Positions 30,284-40,976 of a stretch of DNA of 64,000 bases are shown piece by piece. Position 1 is the stretch's first letter. Each line of letters starts with the position of its first letter. The position numbers were made by a program, and so were the translations under genes. The DNA is from an uncultured Chloroflexia bacterium (GTDB lineage: Bacteria > Chloroflexota > Limnocylindria > Limnocylindrales > CSP1-4): NCBI GenBank assembly GCA_963833225.1, contig CAWHXD010000008.1, forward strand, positions 640,001-704,000, written 5' to 3'. The notes beneath the pieces were generated by a model. That model had not been told where the DNA came from, did not search any database, and was given only the letters and a program-made list of their open reading frames with translations.

Positions 30284-31753
30284 CTACGGGCCGTTGACCA
30301 GCCCCGCCGTGTCCACGACCTCGAGGTCCGCGCCGGTGAACCGGTCCAGCTCGTGAAGCACGTCGTCGTCGAAGCGCGGGTCGCTCATCCCGGACACATA
30401 CCACGGCGAGCCGTTGTCGGCGAGGATCATCCCGTAGCGCTGGAGCGCGACGGCGATGACGCGCGCGGCCGGTGACAGCCCGGACAGGTCCGCCTCGGCT
30501 CGCAGGCGGACGCGGAGGCCCATCGGGGGCAGCGAGGCGCTGGTGGATGACGACGCGAAGTGGCGCGCCGGGTAGAGGTACGCCTTCCGGGTCTGCGGCG
30601 CGGTGAACCGCAGCGCATGCTCGATGTCGCCTGCCGCCACCTCGTCGTACCGGACGAGACCGGGCAGGATCGGCAGGCCGGCGGCGTCGGCGCTGGTCCA
30701 GCCCTCGGGACGCAGGGCGTTGGACGCGAGGTCCCACTGCGCGCCCGAGCCGGCTCGCCACGTGCCGCCCGTTGCCTGGCGCACGTCGTAGAGCTCGTAC
30801 AGGCGGCAGGTCTCGCGGTCGACCGCGAGCAGGTGGCGGTCGGAGCCGCCCTCGATCAGAGGCGCGTCCGGGATGGGATATGGGCCCGCGTCCGACTCGC
30901 CCGAGTAGTCGAAGGTCACCGCGCGCAGCGGCGTATCCCCGTCGACGATCTGGTACGGGATCCCGTACCCGGCGTACGAGCCGAAGTCCATGTGGAACGT
31001 TCGGCTTGTCCCGATCGACGCGATCAGCGTTGAGGAGTCGGCGGCAACGGGACGCTCGTCGACGCGGACGTTCCACACGTTGTCCGCGGGGAAGACGGGG
31101 CATTCCGGGGCGCCGGGGAGCGTCGGCGAATCGCCGACGGGCGCCGGCTCGTCGCCATCGAGGATGCCGTCGCCGTCCGTGTCCGGGTTGAGCGGATCCG
31201 TGCCCCGGACGATCTCGGCGAGGTTCGCGAGCCCGTCGGCGTCCGCGTCCTCCTCGGCGTCCGGGACACCGTCGCGGTCCGTATCGGCCCTGGCAGGATC
31301 GAGGCCCAGCCGCTGCTCCCAGAGATTGACCAGGCCGTCGTGATCGCGGTCCTCGAGGCCGTCGCGCGTCCCGTCGCCGTCCGTGTCCGCCTTGCGGGGA
31401 TGGGTCCCGGCACGCATCTCGAACCCGTTGCGAAGCCCGTCGTGGTCAGCGTCCTCGCGGTCGTCCCGGAGACCGTCGCCGTCCGTGTCCTTGCGGCGGG
31501 GGTTCGTCCCGGACCGCTGCTCGCCCAGGTTCGTGAGCGTGTCGTGGTCCGGGTCTTCGCGATCGTCCCGGATGCCATCGCGGTCGGTGTCCTTGCGATG
31601 GGGATCGGTGTGCGACCGGTGGCGCTCGAAGTGATTTGAGAGCCCATCGTGATCGCTGTCCGTGAACGCCGCCGCCGGCCCGGGCAGGCCGGCCAGCATG
31701 CCGATCGCGAGCAGCGCCGCCAGCCCCACCACCGGCATTCGCGGCCTTCGCAT
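30284..31753 (-). CDS. Secreted protein with five ~34-aa TSP3-like Ca-binding repeats and an uncharacterised C-terminal domain
   Basis: Signal peptide ending PAAA; ten DxDxDG/T motifs; C-terminal [34 protein letters not shown]. Confidence 0.85.
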   Translation of the reverse strand: MRRPRMPVVGLAALLAIGMLAGLPGPAAAFTDSDHDGLSNHFERHRSHTDPHRKDTDRDGIRDDREDPDHDTLTNLGEQRSGTNPRRKDTDGDGLRDDREDADHDGLRNGFEMRAGTHPRKADTDGDGTRDGLEDRDHDGLVNLWEQRLGLDPARADTDRDGVPDAEEDADADGLANLAEIVRGTDPLNPDTDGDGILDGDEPAPVGDSPTLPGAPECPVFPADNVWNVRVDERPVAADSSTLIASIGTSRTFHMDFGSYAGYGIPYQIVDGDTPLRAVTFDYSGESDAGPYPIPDAPLIEGGSDRHLLAVDRETCRLYELYDVRQATGGTWRAGSGAQWDLASNALRPEGWTSADAAGLPILPGLVRYDEVAAGDIEHALRFTAPQTRKAYLYPARHFASSSTSASLPPMGLRVRLRAEADLSGLSPAARVIAVALQRYGMILADNGSPWYVSGMSDPRFDDDVLHELDRFTGADLEVVDTAGLVNGP

Positions 31754-31992
31754 CACCACGTTCTGTCCTCCCCGAGTGGATGGACGCGGCCATCGACACA
31801 ACGCTTCGCGACAACCGCGTCCATGCTGGGAGGGTCGCGCATCGCGCCCGAGACGGCCATGACCCTTCAGTCCGGGGGTGCGATCCCGCACCGGACCCCC
31901 TGCCGTTGCCGCCGGGCACCAGGGCCGGGCCGTCCGGCCGGTCTCACGTGCAGATGACGCATCCGACCGACCAAGGAGTCCCGTGCGCCCCG

Positions 31993-32406
31993 CTAGCGCT
32001 CGACGAACGGGTTCTCGACCCGGATGCCGTCGAAGTCGGTGCCCGAGTCAAGGTCCTCGGACAGGACGACGGGACAGCCAAGGGCCCGGCTTGCCTCGAT
32101 GATCGCGGCGTCCCAGTACGAGATGCCGAAGCGACGGCGCGTGCCGAGCGCGGCCGCCATCACGTCGACGGTGGTCTCCTGGACCGGGAACCGCCGCCAT
32201 GCCTCGATGAGGCCAACGGCCTGTTCATGGGTGATCGCGTCCTGGCGGCTCGCGCGGGTCGCCTGGACATAGAACTCCTGCAGCACCTGGACCGACAACC
32301 CCAGGTCGCCGGCCGCGAGGACCTCGTTGGCCCGGCGCGCCTTGCCTGCCTCGCCTGGGTCGCGCGAGATCGCGTACAGCAGGACGTTGGTGTCAGCGAA
32401 TTGCAC
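31993..32406 (-). CDS. PIN-domain (VapC-like) toxin
   Basis: [34 protein letters not shown]. Confidence 0.9.
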   Translation of the reverse strand: MQFADTNVLLYAISRDPGEAGKARRANEVLAAGDLGLSVQVLQEFYVQATRASRQDAITHEQAVGLIEAWRRFPVQETTVDVMAAALGTRRRFGISYWDAAIIEASRALGCPVVLSEDLDSGTDFDGIRVENPFVER

Positions 32407-32632
32407 GATCGTGGATCTCGTCACGATCCAGGCGATCCCCAGCCCGGAAGTGCTTGATCTGGCGCTGGATCCGGCGCTGCTGCGCCTCGAGCCTCGAGAA
32501 CTCCGCGCCGCCCACGGAGAGCGACGTCAGGTACTCGGCGACGATGGCGCTGACCGAGCTGCCGCGCTCGGCCGCCCTGATCCGCGCCAGCCGATACACG
32601 TCATCGGGCACCGATACCGTGATGTTCCTCAT
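32393..32632 (-). CDS. Ribbon-helix-helix antitoxin (VapB-like)
   Basis: MRNITVSVPDDVYRLARIRAAERGSSVSAIVAEYL..RDEIHDR; overlaps the toxin start. Confidence 0.85.
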   Translation of the reverse strand: MRNITVSVPDDVYRLARIRAAERGSSVSAIVAEYLTSLSVGGAEFSRLEAQQRRIQRQIKHFRAGDRLDRDEIHDRAIR

Positions 32633-32646
32633 GGCACTCACCCTAA

Positions 32647-32675
32647 CACAGCATCACAGGATCTGTGTGTCACAG
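32647..32675. promoter_or_regulatory. Probable antitoxin operator
   Basis: CACAG/CTGTG half-sites at 32647, 32655, 32663 and 32671 (8-bp period), directly upstream of the antitoxin. Confidence 0.6.
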
Positions 32676-32690
32676 TCCAGGAGATGGCCA

Positions 32691-32795
32691 TCACGCCCCG
32701 CCGGTGAACAGCGCGTAGGCCTGGATGCCCAGCCAGACCCCGGCCACCACGGAGGCGAGCAGGACCAGGTTCACCACCAGCCGCGGCAGCCTCAC
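32691..32795 (-). CDS. 34-aa single-TM protein (missing from the ORF track)
   Basis: MRLPRLVVNLVLLASVVAGVWLGIQAYALFTGGA; GGAGGAG ribosome site and GTGA overlap with the upstream gene. Confidence 0.6.
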   Translation of the reverse strand: MRLPRLVVNLVLLASVVAGVWLGIQAYALFTGGA

Positions 32796-33709
32796 GAGCG
32801 CTCCTCCAGCTCCGCCATGATCGCGGCCTTCGCCGTCTCGTACTCGTCCGGGTCCAGCAGGCCTCGGTCACGCATGTCGGCGAGGCGCTCCAGCCGGTCG
32901 AGCAACGCCTGGGTGCCCTCGGTGAACGACGGCTCGGGACCGGGCTCGCCCGCCGGGGGGGCACCGGGCGGCGCTCCATCCGCCAGCTCGGCCAGCGGGG
33001 TCTCGTCCATCGACCTCGCGACCGCCGCCCCGAAGTCCGCCGCGATCCCGGCCAGCGCGCGCTGCTGCGCGGTCGGTGTGGAAGGGGCCGGGGCAACCGG
33101 GCGCGAGGGCTCAGGGGGACGCACCATGGGTTCCCACGTTCGCGGAGGCCGGGAAGGGCCCGGCAGTGAGGGGCCTCGAAGTGAGGGGCCCGGCGTCACG
33201 CGCGTCACCGGCGGCGGGTCGGTCCGGCCTCCCGCCGACAGCTTCGATGCGCCGCCCGCGACCAGGAACGACCCGACGCCCAGCAGCGGCACCGCGGCCA
33301 TCACCCAGAACATGATCCCCGGGATCGCCCAGCCGAGCTCGATCCCATCGGGCGCGTTGAACACGCCGTAGTCCATGAAGTTCCAGCCCAGCGACCCGAA
33401 CAGCCCGGCCCAGGCGAGGACCGGCACCGTGGCCCAGATGCCGCCGATCCGGATCCCGAACGCGGAGCCGACCGCGGCCGACGCCATACCCCCGAAGATG
33501 CCGAGGAGCAGGGCGGGCGTGGCGCCGTCCGGGCAGTGGGTGGCGATCTCGTACGGGCCCCCTTCCGCGCAGAAGCCGCCGATGTCCATCACCGCCCGCA
33601 TCCCGAGAAACACCAGGGTGATCCCCGCGGCCGTCCCGGCGATCCCGATCGCCGCCCCGGTCACCGCGCGGGCGGGGATCCCCGCCCGCGGCTTGTCAGT
33701 GATGCCCAT
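32792..33709 (-). CDS. Membrane protein with C-terminal SHOCT domain
   Basis: About four TM segments, loop CAEGGPYEIATHCP, LDRLERLADMRDRGLLDPDEYETAKAAI. Confidence 0.8.
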   Translation of the reverse strand: MGITDKPRAGIPARAVTGAAIGIAGTAAGITLVFLGMRAVMDIGGFCAEGGPYEIATHCPDGATPALLLGIFGGMASAAVGSAFGIRIGGIWATVPVLAWAGLFGSLGWNFMDYGVFNAPDGIELGWAIPGIMFWVMAAVPLLGVGSFLVAGGASKLSAGGRTDPPPVTRVTPGPSLRGPSLPGPSRPPRTWEPMVRPPEPSRPVAPAPSTPTAQQRALAGIAADFGAAVARSMDETPLAELADGAPPGAPPAGEPGPEPSFTEGTQALLDRLERLADMRDRGLLDPDEYETAKAAIMAELEERS

Positions 33710-33730
33710 CCTGTCCTCCAGCGCGAGGAC

Positions 33731-35143
33731 CTACGGCCGGACGGCAGCCATCCGGTCGAGGATCAGTCGCTTGACACCCTCCACGGGCACGCGCTCCTGG
33801 GCCATCGAGTCCCGGTCGCGGATCGTCACCGCCCCGTCCTCGAGCGAATCCACGTCGACCGTCACGCACCACGGCGTGCCGATCTCGTCCTGGCGACGAT
33901 AGAGCTTCCCGATCGCGGCGGTGTCGTCGTAGACCGCCATCATGTCGCGCTTCAGATCGGCGAGGAGCCGGTGGCACAGCTCCACGATCTCGGGGCGCTT
34001 CTTGAGCAGTGGCAGGACGGCGACCTTGTACGGGGCGAGGTCGGGGTGCAGCCCGAGGACCACGCGGGTCTCCTCGCGGACCGGCTCCTCGCGGTAGGCG
34101 TCGATGAGGAACGTGAACGCGGCCCGGTCGGCGCCCGCGGCCGTCTCCACGACCCACGGGATGAAGTGCTCGCCGCTGGCCTGGTCGAAGTACTCCAGGT
34201 TCTCGCCGGACGCCCGGGCATGGTTGCCGAGGTCGAAGTCACCCCGGTTGTGGATGCCCTCGAGCTCCTTCCAGCCAAACGGGAAGCGGTATTCGACGTC
34301 GATCGCCTTCTTGGCGTAGTGGGCCAGCTCGTCGGGCGCGTGCTCGCGGAGGCGGAGGCGGGCCGGATCCACGCCGTAGGCCTCGTACCAGGCCTTGCGG
34401 CGCGGCAGCCAGAGCTCGAACGCCTCGGCCGCCCCCTCCCCGGGACGCACGAAGTACTGCATCTCCATCTGCTCGAACTCGCGCATCCGGAACACGAAGT
34501 TGCCGGGCGAGATCTCGTTACGGAAGGACTTGCCGATCTGCGCGATCCCGAACGGGATCTTCTTGCGCGAGCTCTGCTGGACGTTCTTGAAGTTGACGTA
34601 CGAGCCCTGGGCCGTCTCGGGCCGGAAGTAGACGACGTTGCCGTCGTCCTCTACGGGTCCCATGTGGCTGGTGAACATGAGGTTGAACTGCCGCGGCGCG
34701 GACAGCGGCTTGCCGTCGTTGGGACAGACCAGGCCCAGGCGCGCGCTGATCGTCTCGTCGCGGAGGTCAGTCTGGGTCAGGCCCTCGGTGCCCGGCAGCT
34801 CGTCGAGGCGGTACCGGCGGTGGCACTCGCCGCACTCGACCAGCGGGTCGCTGAACGACCCGACGTGGCCCGACGTCACCCACACCTGGGGGTGCATCAG
34901 GATGCCCGCGTCCAGGCCCACGATGTCGTTGCGGTCCTGGACCATCGCGCGCCACCAGGCGCGCTTGACGTTGTTCTTGAGCTCGACGCCCAGGGGCCCG
35001 TAGTCCCACACGGCGTTGATGCCGCCGTAGATCTCGGACGAGGGAAAGATGAAGCCGCGGCGCTTGGACAAGGAGACGATGGTCTCGAGGTTGGCGACGG
35101 CGGGCGCGACGGCGTTGGGATCAGCGGCGGGATCGAGGGTCAC
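33731..35143 (-). CDS. glyQS: Glycine--tRNA ligase (alpha2 type)
   Basis: [54 protein letters not shown]. Confidence 0.96.
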   Translation of the reverse strand: MTLDPAADPNAVAPAVANLETIVSLSKRRGFIFPSSEIYGGINAVWDYGPLGVELKNNVKRAWWRAMVQDRNDIVGLDAGILMHPQVWVTSGHVGSFSDPLVECGECHRRYRLDELPGTEGLTQTDLRDETISARLGLVCPNDGKPLSAPRQFNLMFTSHMGPVEDDGNVVYFRPETAQGSYVNFKNVQQSSRKKIPFGIAQIGKSFRNEISPGNFVFRMREFEQMEMQYFVRPGEGAAEAFELWLPRRKAWYEAYGVDPARLRLREHAPDELAHYAKKAIDVEYRFPFGWKELEGIHNRGDFDLGNHARASGENLEYFDQASGEHFIPWVVETAAGADRAAFTFLIDAYREEPVREETRVVLGLHPDLAPYKVAVLPLLKKRPEIVELCHRLLADLKRDMMAVYDDTAAIGKLYRRQDEIGTPWCVTVDVDSLEDGAVTIRDRDSMAQERVPVEGVKRLILDRMAAVRP

Positions 35144-35365
35144 AAGAGGCTCCGAGGTCCCGTGGCCTTGGCAGGGACACGGGTGGGCGACGAACTGGAC
35201 GGGATGCTTCGCAATCTAGCAGACGGGTCCTCTTGCCCGGGCCGATCGGCATGGCCCGGGTGAGATCGGCTCTAGTACGCTCAGCCAGTCTCGCTCGCTC
35301 AGTTTGGGATGTATCGCATGCGCACAACAGGGATTTGAAGGCTGGCCGCGACCGGGCTTGCCGCC

Positions 35366-36991
35366 GTGGTCGCCATGACCTCGGCACCTGCAGCAGGACG
35401 GGACGCCGGCGTCGCTGCAGCCACGAAGCCCTCCGCGGCGCTGGAGGCGTCGCTGCAGGCAGAGCCCAGCCAGCTCGAGTTCGGCGGCGTCGGTGAGCTC
35501 AGCTCGAAGACGATGACGGTCACGCTCACCTGGTCCGGGGACGGCGACCTCCTTGTTGACGGGTTCGGGTTCGAATCGCTGACGCTGGACCCGGTCCTCG
35601 ACTTCGCTGTCACCGCTGAGACCTGCACGGTCGCGCCCCTGCCCACTGGCGGCAGCTGCTCCGTGGACGTCACCTATGTCCCGACTGCCCAAGTCCGGCG
35701 ACAGGGGTACCTCTCGATCCTCGGGCCCGGCGGGGAGGTCCTCGCCTGGGCCGTCTTCCTCGACGGGTGGGGAGATCCCTACCAGCCATCATTCGAGTTC
35801 GGGCAGCCCACCACGGCTCAGTCGCCGTACGTGTGGAGTCACGGCTCCGCGCTGGCGCGGACCGCCAGAGCGGGCGGTGAGTACCTGCACCTGGTGTCGA
35901 TGACCGATCACGTGAGCGGGAGGTGGGTCCGTGATTCTGGCCCCCACCTCGCGGTGCGCTACCAGCGTTCGACGGATGGCGAAACGTGGAGCGCACGCAA
36001 GCGTGTGAACCCAAGCAGCGAGCACGGCTACTGGGCCGCAACCGCCGCGAGTGGCTCCAAGGTGCTCGTGACCTGGGTCCAGTCAGCGGAGCTTGACATG
36101 CCCAGCAACGCGCCCCGGGTACTCTATCTGCGGCGCAACACCGAGAGTGGTGCACGATCCGGATGGCGGTCGATCCAGCGACTATCGTCGCTCAGAGGGC
36201 GCGTCGACATGCCCGCCGTCGCGGTCAGCGGCAAGCGGGTGCTCGTTGCCTGGACCAACGGTGCCACCGGCGCCATCCGCGTCGCGAGGTCGACCGACGG
36301 CGGCAAGACCTTCAAGACCTCGACCGTGGGCAAGACGACTCACGTCACGACGCTCGGACGATCCGGGCGGCCCAAGGTGGCCATCAGCGGCAAGACCGCG
36401 ATCGTGGCGTGGATTTCGGACGGCAACGGGGGGCCGGTCAAGGCGCGGATCAGCACGGACGGAGCCTCCAGCTGGGGGCCGACGACCCTCGTGACCAACA
36501 GGTCGCACTCCGTCCACTCGGTGGCGGCAGGCCCGGGCCGGGCGATCGTGGCCGTCTCGGATGGCGAGATCATCACCCGGGAGTGGCGTGGAGCATGGGA
36601 CTCGACCATCGAGCTGCCGGTTCCCACGCTGTTCCAGGTCGAGACCGATCCGGTGATCGTGCTGCGCGGGCAGTCGACGATCGCCATGGCCTGGACCGGG
36701 TGCTCGAGCCAGTGGCGTGGCGACTGCGACTCCCTCTCGGATGACACCCGCCTGGATGTCGTGTGGGCGGAGTCGCCCGATGACGGGCTGCACTGGTCGG
36801 CCCCGATCCCGGTGGCCTGGGCCTCGTCCCTTGATCCGGTGCTAGTGAACCAGACGCCGTCGATCGTGTGGGGGTCCCGGCGCGTGGTCGCCTGGAACGT
36901 GAGCTCGGTCGTCCGCTCCAATCTGACGTTCACCGGGCAGTCGTCGTATCGGGTCGACGTCCGGGTCGGCGTGCCCGCCGCCGCACCGTGA
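35366..36991 (+). CDS. Secreted Ig-like plus BNR/Asp-box (sialidase-like propeller) protein
   Basis: TCTVAPLPTGGSCSVDVTYVPT; Asp-boxes STDGETW, STDGGKTF, STDGASSW, SPDDGLHW. Confidence 0.75.
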   Translation: MVAMTSAPAAGRDAGVAAATKPSAALEASLQAEPSQLEFGGVGELSSKTMTVTLTWSGDGDLLVDGFGFESLTLDPVLDFAVTAETCTVAPLPTGGSCSVDVTYVPTAQVRRQGYLSILGPGGEVLAWAVFLDGWGDPYQPSFEFGQPTTAQSPYVWSHGSALARTARAGGEYLHLVSMTDHVSGRWVRDSGPHLAVRYQRSTDGETWSARKRVNPSSEHGYWAATAASGSKVLVTWVQSAELDMPSNAPRVLYLRRNTESGARSGWRSIQRLSSLRGRVDMPAVAVSGKRVLVAWTNGATGAIRVARSTDGGKTFKTSTVGKTTHVTTLGRSGRPKVAISGKTAIVAWISDGNGGPVKARISTDGASSWGPTTLVTNRSHSVHSVAAGPGRAIVAVSDGEIITREWRGAWDSTIELPVPTLFQVETDPVIVLRGQSTIAMAWTGCSSQWRGDCDSLSDDTRLDVVWAESPDDGLHWSAPIPVAWASSLDPVLVNQTPSIVWGSRRVVAWNVSSVVRSNLTFTGQSSYRVDVRVGVPAAAP

Positions 36992-37075
36992 TGGCTTGTC
37001 GCTCGGCGGCTAGACTGACGGCGCCGAGCGCAACTGCCCTGCCAGCGCCGGAATCGAGGAGGACCCAGACGCGCA

Positions 37076-37741
37076 ATGGACGCTCGGAAGTACGCAGCTG
37101 AGCTGCTCGGCTCGTTCCTGTTCTTCAGCATCGGCTACCTGTCGGTCGGTGCCGCGGGCGCGGCGGGGCTGACGACGGCGCTGCCGATCGTGCCGTTCTC
37201 GTTCGGCCTTGGGCTGCTCGCGGCCATCTTTGCCTTCGGCCACATCTCGGGTGGCCACTTCAACCCGGCCGTCACGGTGGCGATGGTGCTCGACGGGCGG
37301 ACCACGCCAACCGATGCGGTGGGCTACATCGTTGCCCAGGTCGTGGGCGCCCTCGCGGCCGGCGTGCTGGTCATGGTCGCGGTCAGCCAGGAAGCCGTCT
37401 GGTCGGGCATCACGGCTCCGGGAAAGGGTGTCTCGGACCTTGGCGCCGCGCTCATCGAGATCGTGCTGACGGCGGGCTTCATCGCGGTGATCCTCGCCTC
37501 GACCAAGCGGGCCCCGGCGCTGGCAGCGCTGGCGATCCCGCTCTCGCTCGTCGCCATCCACTTTGCCAGCGCCTCGCTCTCCGGCGCGTCCGTGAACCCG
37601 GCCCGCTCGATCGGCTCGGCGGTGGTGGGCGGCGACCTGTCCAAGCTCTGGATCTACCTCGTGGCGCCGACCGTGGGTGCGGTCCTCGGCTGGCTCGCGT
37701 GGAAGGTCATGGACGGCGGCGCCGACCCCGTGCAGGCGTAG
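37076..37741 (+). CDS. MIP-family channel (aquaporin)
   Basis: [12 protein letters not shown] and SVNPARSIG; six TM segments. Confidence 0.93.
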   Translation: MDARKYAAELLGSFLFFSIGYLSVGAAGAAGLTTALPIVPFSFGLGLLAAIFAFGHISGGHFNPAVTVAMVLDGRTTPTDAVGYIVAQVVGALAAGVLVMVAVSQEAVWSGITAPGKGVSDLGAALIEIVLTAGFIAVILASTKRAPALAALAIPLSLVAIHFASASLSGASVNPARSIGSAVVGGDLSKLWIYLVAPTVGAVLGWLAWKVMDGGADPVQA

Positions 37742-37788
37742 TCACCGGACGGCACTGTCGGGAGCCACTGCCCCGGGAGGACGACGAC

Positions 37789-39324
37789 ATGGAGCCCCGC
37801 CGATACGTCGGTGCCCTGGACCAGGGCACGACCAGCAGCCGCTTCATGGTCTTCGACCGATCGGGGTCCGTGGTTGCGCTCGACCAGCGGGAGCATACCC
37901 AGCTGTACCCGAAACCCGGCTGGGTGGAGCACGACCCGCTCGAGATCTGGGCCCGGTGCCGCGAGGTCATCGGCGGCGCCATGGCCAGCGCCGGCCTCGC
38001 CGCCCCGGACCTCGCGGCCATCGGGATCACGAACCAGCGGGAGACCGCGATCGTCTGGGATCGCCGGACCGGGGAACCGGTCCACAACGCCATCGTGTGG
38101 CAGGACACCCGGACCGGAGAGATCGTGGACGAGCTTGCCCGCGATGGGGGGCCTGGCCGCTTTCGCGCGATGACGGGCCTGCCGCTGGCGACCTACTTCT
38201 CGGGGCCCAAGGTCCGCTGGATCCTCGACCACGTCGAGGGCGCGCGGGACCGGGCGGAGGCGGGCGAGCTGCTGTTCGGCACGGTGGATTCGTGGCTCAT
38301 CTGGAACCTGACCGGCGGCGCTCGCGGCGGCGTCCATCTCACCGACGTCACCAACGCCTCGCGGACGCAGCTCATGGATCTCGCGACGCTCGACTGGGAT
38401 GACGGGATCCTGGAGGCGATGAGCATCCCGCGAGCGATGCTGCCGGCCATCCGGTCGTCGTCCGAGGTGCTGGCCACGTGCACGGGTGTCCTCGACGGGG
38501 TCCCCCTTGCGGGTGTCCTCGGTGACCAGCAGGCGGCCCTGTTCGGGCAGGTGTGCTTCGACGCCGGCGAGGCCAAGAACACCTACGGGACCGGCTGCTT
38601 CCTGCTCCTCAACACCGGCGAACAGCGGGTGACGTCGGAGCGGGGACTGCTGACCACGGTCGCCTACCGGCTGAGAACGGCCCCGCCCGTCTACGCCTTG
38701 GAAGGTTCGATCGCAATCGCGGGCGCGCTGGTGCAGTGGCTGCGCGACAACCTGGGCATCATCGGATCGGCGGCGGAGGTGGAGCAGCTGGCCGCGTCGG
38801 TCGAGGACAACGGCGGGGTCTCCTTCGTCCCGGCCTTCTCGGGCCTGTTCGCCCCCTACTGGCGGGCCGATGCCCGGGGCGTGATCGCGGGTCTCACCCG
38901 GTACGCCACCAAGGCGCACATCGCGCGTGCGAGCCTCGAGGCCACCGCCTGGCAGGTCCGCGAGATCCTGGACGCGATGAACGCGGATTCGGGCGTTCCG
39001 TTGACGGAGCTGCGGGTCGACGGCGGGATGGTCGCCAACAGCCTGCTCATGCAGCTGCAGGCAGACGTGCTCGGCGTGCCGGTGGTCCGGCCGGTGGTCT
39101 CCGAGACGACGGCGCTGGGCGCCGCCTACGCAGCCGGCCTGGCCGTGGGCTACTGGTCATCGCTCGACGAGCTGCGAGCCAACTGGGCCCGCGGCGCCGA
39201 GTGGACCCCGTCCATGGACCCCGACGCGCGCGAGCGCGCGCATGCGACCTGGAACAAGGCCGTCACGCGGACCTTCGACTGGGTCGAGAGCGGGGCGCCG
39301 GAACCGGGCAGCGCCGCCCCGTGA
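37789..39324 (+). CDS. glpK: Glycerol kinase
   Basis: [55 protein letters not shown]. Confidence 0.96.
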   Translation: MEPRRYVGALDQGTTSSRFMVFDRSGSVVALDQREHTQLYPKPGWVEHDPLEIWARCREVIGGAMASAGLAAPDLAAIGITNQRETAIVWDRRTGEPVHNAIVWQDTRTGEIVDELARDGGPGRFRAMTGLPLATYFSGPKVRWILDHVEGARDRAEAGELLFGTVDSWLIWNLTGGARGGVHLTDVTNASRTQLMDLATLDWDDGILEAMSIPRAMLPAIRSSSEVLATCTGVLDGVPLAGVLGDQQAALFGQVCFDAGEAKNTYGTGCFLLLNTGEQRVTSERGLLTTVAYRLRTAPPVYALEGSIAIAGALVQWLRDNLGIIGSAAEVEQLAASVEDNGGVSFVPAFSGLFAPYWRADARGVIAGLTRYATKAHIARASLEATAWQVREILDAMNADSGVPLTELRVDGGMVANSLLMQLQADVLGVPVVRPVVSETTALGAAYAAGLAVGYWSSLDELRANWARGAEWTPSMDPDARERAHATWNKAVTRTFDWVESGAPEPGSAAP

Positions 39325-40976
39325 ACGCCGGATCCATCCCCCACACCGCGGACGTCGTCGTCATCGGCGGCGGCGCGACCGGCGCGGGGGTGCTCCGGGA
39401 TCTCGCCCGTCGCGGCCTCCGCGCCCTGCTGGTGGAGCGCGGTGACTTTGGCACCGGGACCAGCGGCCGCTACCACGGCCTGCTGCACTCCGGCGGGCGC
39501 TACGTGGGCCGGGACCGGGTCACGGCGCGGGAGTGCATCACGGAGAACCGCGTGCTGCGCCGGATCGCACCGGCGAGCATCGAGGACACCGGCGGCTACT
39601 TCGTGGCGACGCCCGATGACCCCGATGACTACGTCGAGTCGTTCGCCGCCAACTGCGAGCTGAGCGGGGTGCCCTGCGAGGAGGTCGGGGTCGCCGGGCT
39701 GCTTGGCCGCGAGCCGGCGCTCAACCCCGCCATCCGGCGGGCGTTCCGCGTCCCGGATGGATCCATCGAGGCGTGGCAGCTGATCGAGGCCACGGTCGCC
39801 GACGCCCGCGTCCACGGCTCGGCCGCCCTCCCCTACCAGCGCGTGATCGGGATGGAGCGGACGGCGAGCCGGATCGTCGCCGTGACGCTGCGCGACGAGC
39901 GGACCGGCAGCGTCTCACGCGTGTGGACGTCGTTCGTGGTGTCAGCGGCCGGCGCCTGGGCGGGCCAGGTCGCCGCCCACGCGGGCGTGAGGATCGAGAT
40001 GACCCCGGGCAAGGGCACCATGCTGATCTACAACCAGCGGATGACCGACGCGGTGATCAACCGCTGCCACCCCTCCTCGGACGGCGACATCATGGTCCCG
40101 GTCCACACGGTGGCGATCCTCGGAACCACCGACCAGCCGGTCCCCGACCCGGACGACGACGAGGTCACCCGCGACGAGGTGCGGAGGCTCGTCGACGAGG
40201 GCGCGCGGATGGTTCCCGCCCTGCCTCGCATGCGGATCCTGCGGGCGTATGCGGGGGTCCGGCCGCTGTTCCGCCCGCCCGCCGTGGTCACCACGGCGGG
40301 CGACAACCGCGCGCTCACCCGGGCGCACGCGGTCCTTGACCACGCCGACCAGGGCGTCGACAACTTCGTGTCGGTCGTCGGGGGCAAGCTGACCACGTTC
40401 CGGCTCATGGCCGAGGAGACCGTCGACGCAGTGGCCGCCAAGCTGGGCGTGACGGCGCGATGCACGACGGCCGACGCGGTGCTGCCCGGCCAGGGTGACG
40501 GCCACAGCTACTGGCTCGGTCACCGACTCGCCGACCACGAGGCCGCGGGCGGCGGCGACGCGGACCTGCTGTGCGAGTGCGAGCTCGTCACCCGGCCGGC
40601 GGTGGAGACCTACCTGGACGCGCGCTGGCCGTGCACCATCGACGACGTCCGGCGCGGGACCCGCGTGGGGATGGGACCCTGCCAGGGAGCCTTCTGCACG
40701 TTCCGGGTCGCGGGCCTGATCGCGGAGCGCCAGGCGGGCGCTGCGACCGGACAGGACGACCCCGGGGCCGCGGACCGCCACGCCGGGATCGCGGACCGGG
40801 CGCTCAGGGGGTTCCTCCGCGAGCGGTTCAAGGGGACGCGGCCCATCGCAGAGGGACGACAGCTCCAGGAGCTGATGCTGGCGAACGCGATCTACACGGG
40901 CGTCCTTGCCATCGACTCACTGGCCGGGGATCCGGCGCCTGCCGGCCCGGAGGGGGACGACGATGCCGCACGCTGA
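39321..40976 (+). CDS. glpA: Anaerobic glycerol-3-phosphate dehydrogenase subunit A
   Basis: [49 protein letters not shown]. Confidence 0.92.
   Translation: MNAGSIPHTADVVVIGGGATGAGVLRDLARRGLRALLVERGDFGTGTSGRYHGLLHSGGRYVGRDRVTARECITENRVLRRIAPASIEDTGGYFVATPDDPDDYVESFAANCELSGVPCEEVGVAGLLGREPALNPAIRRAFRVPDGSIEAWQLIEATVADARVHGSAALPYQRVIGMERTASRIVAVTLRDERTGSVSRVWTSFVVSAAGAWAGQVAAHAGVRIEMTPGKGTMLIYNQRMTDAVINRCHPSSDGDIMVPVHTVAILGTTDQPVPDPDDDEVTRDEVRRLVDEGARMVPALPRMRILRAYAGVRPLFRPPAVVTTAGDNRALTRAHAVLDHADQGVDNFVSVVGGKLTTFRLMAEETVDAVAAKLGVTARCTTADAVLPGQGDGHSYWLGHRLADHEAAGGGDADLLCECELVTRPAVETYLDARWPCTIDDVRRGTRVGMGPCQGAFCTFRVAGLIAERQAGAATGQDDPGAADRHAGIADRALRGFLRERFKGTRPIAEGRQLQELMLANAIYTGVLAIDSLAGDPAPAGPEGDDDAAR

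Noticed and set aside
35144-35300. T-box riboswitch upstream of glyQS
   Set aside because: No T-box consensus or antiterminator is visible on the minus strand.
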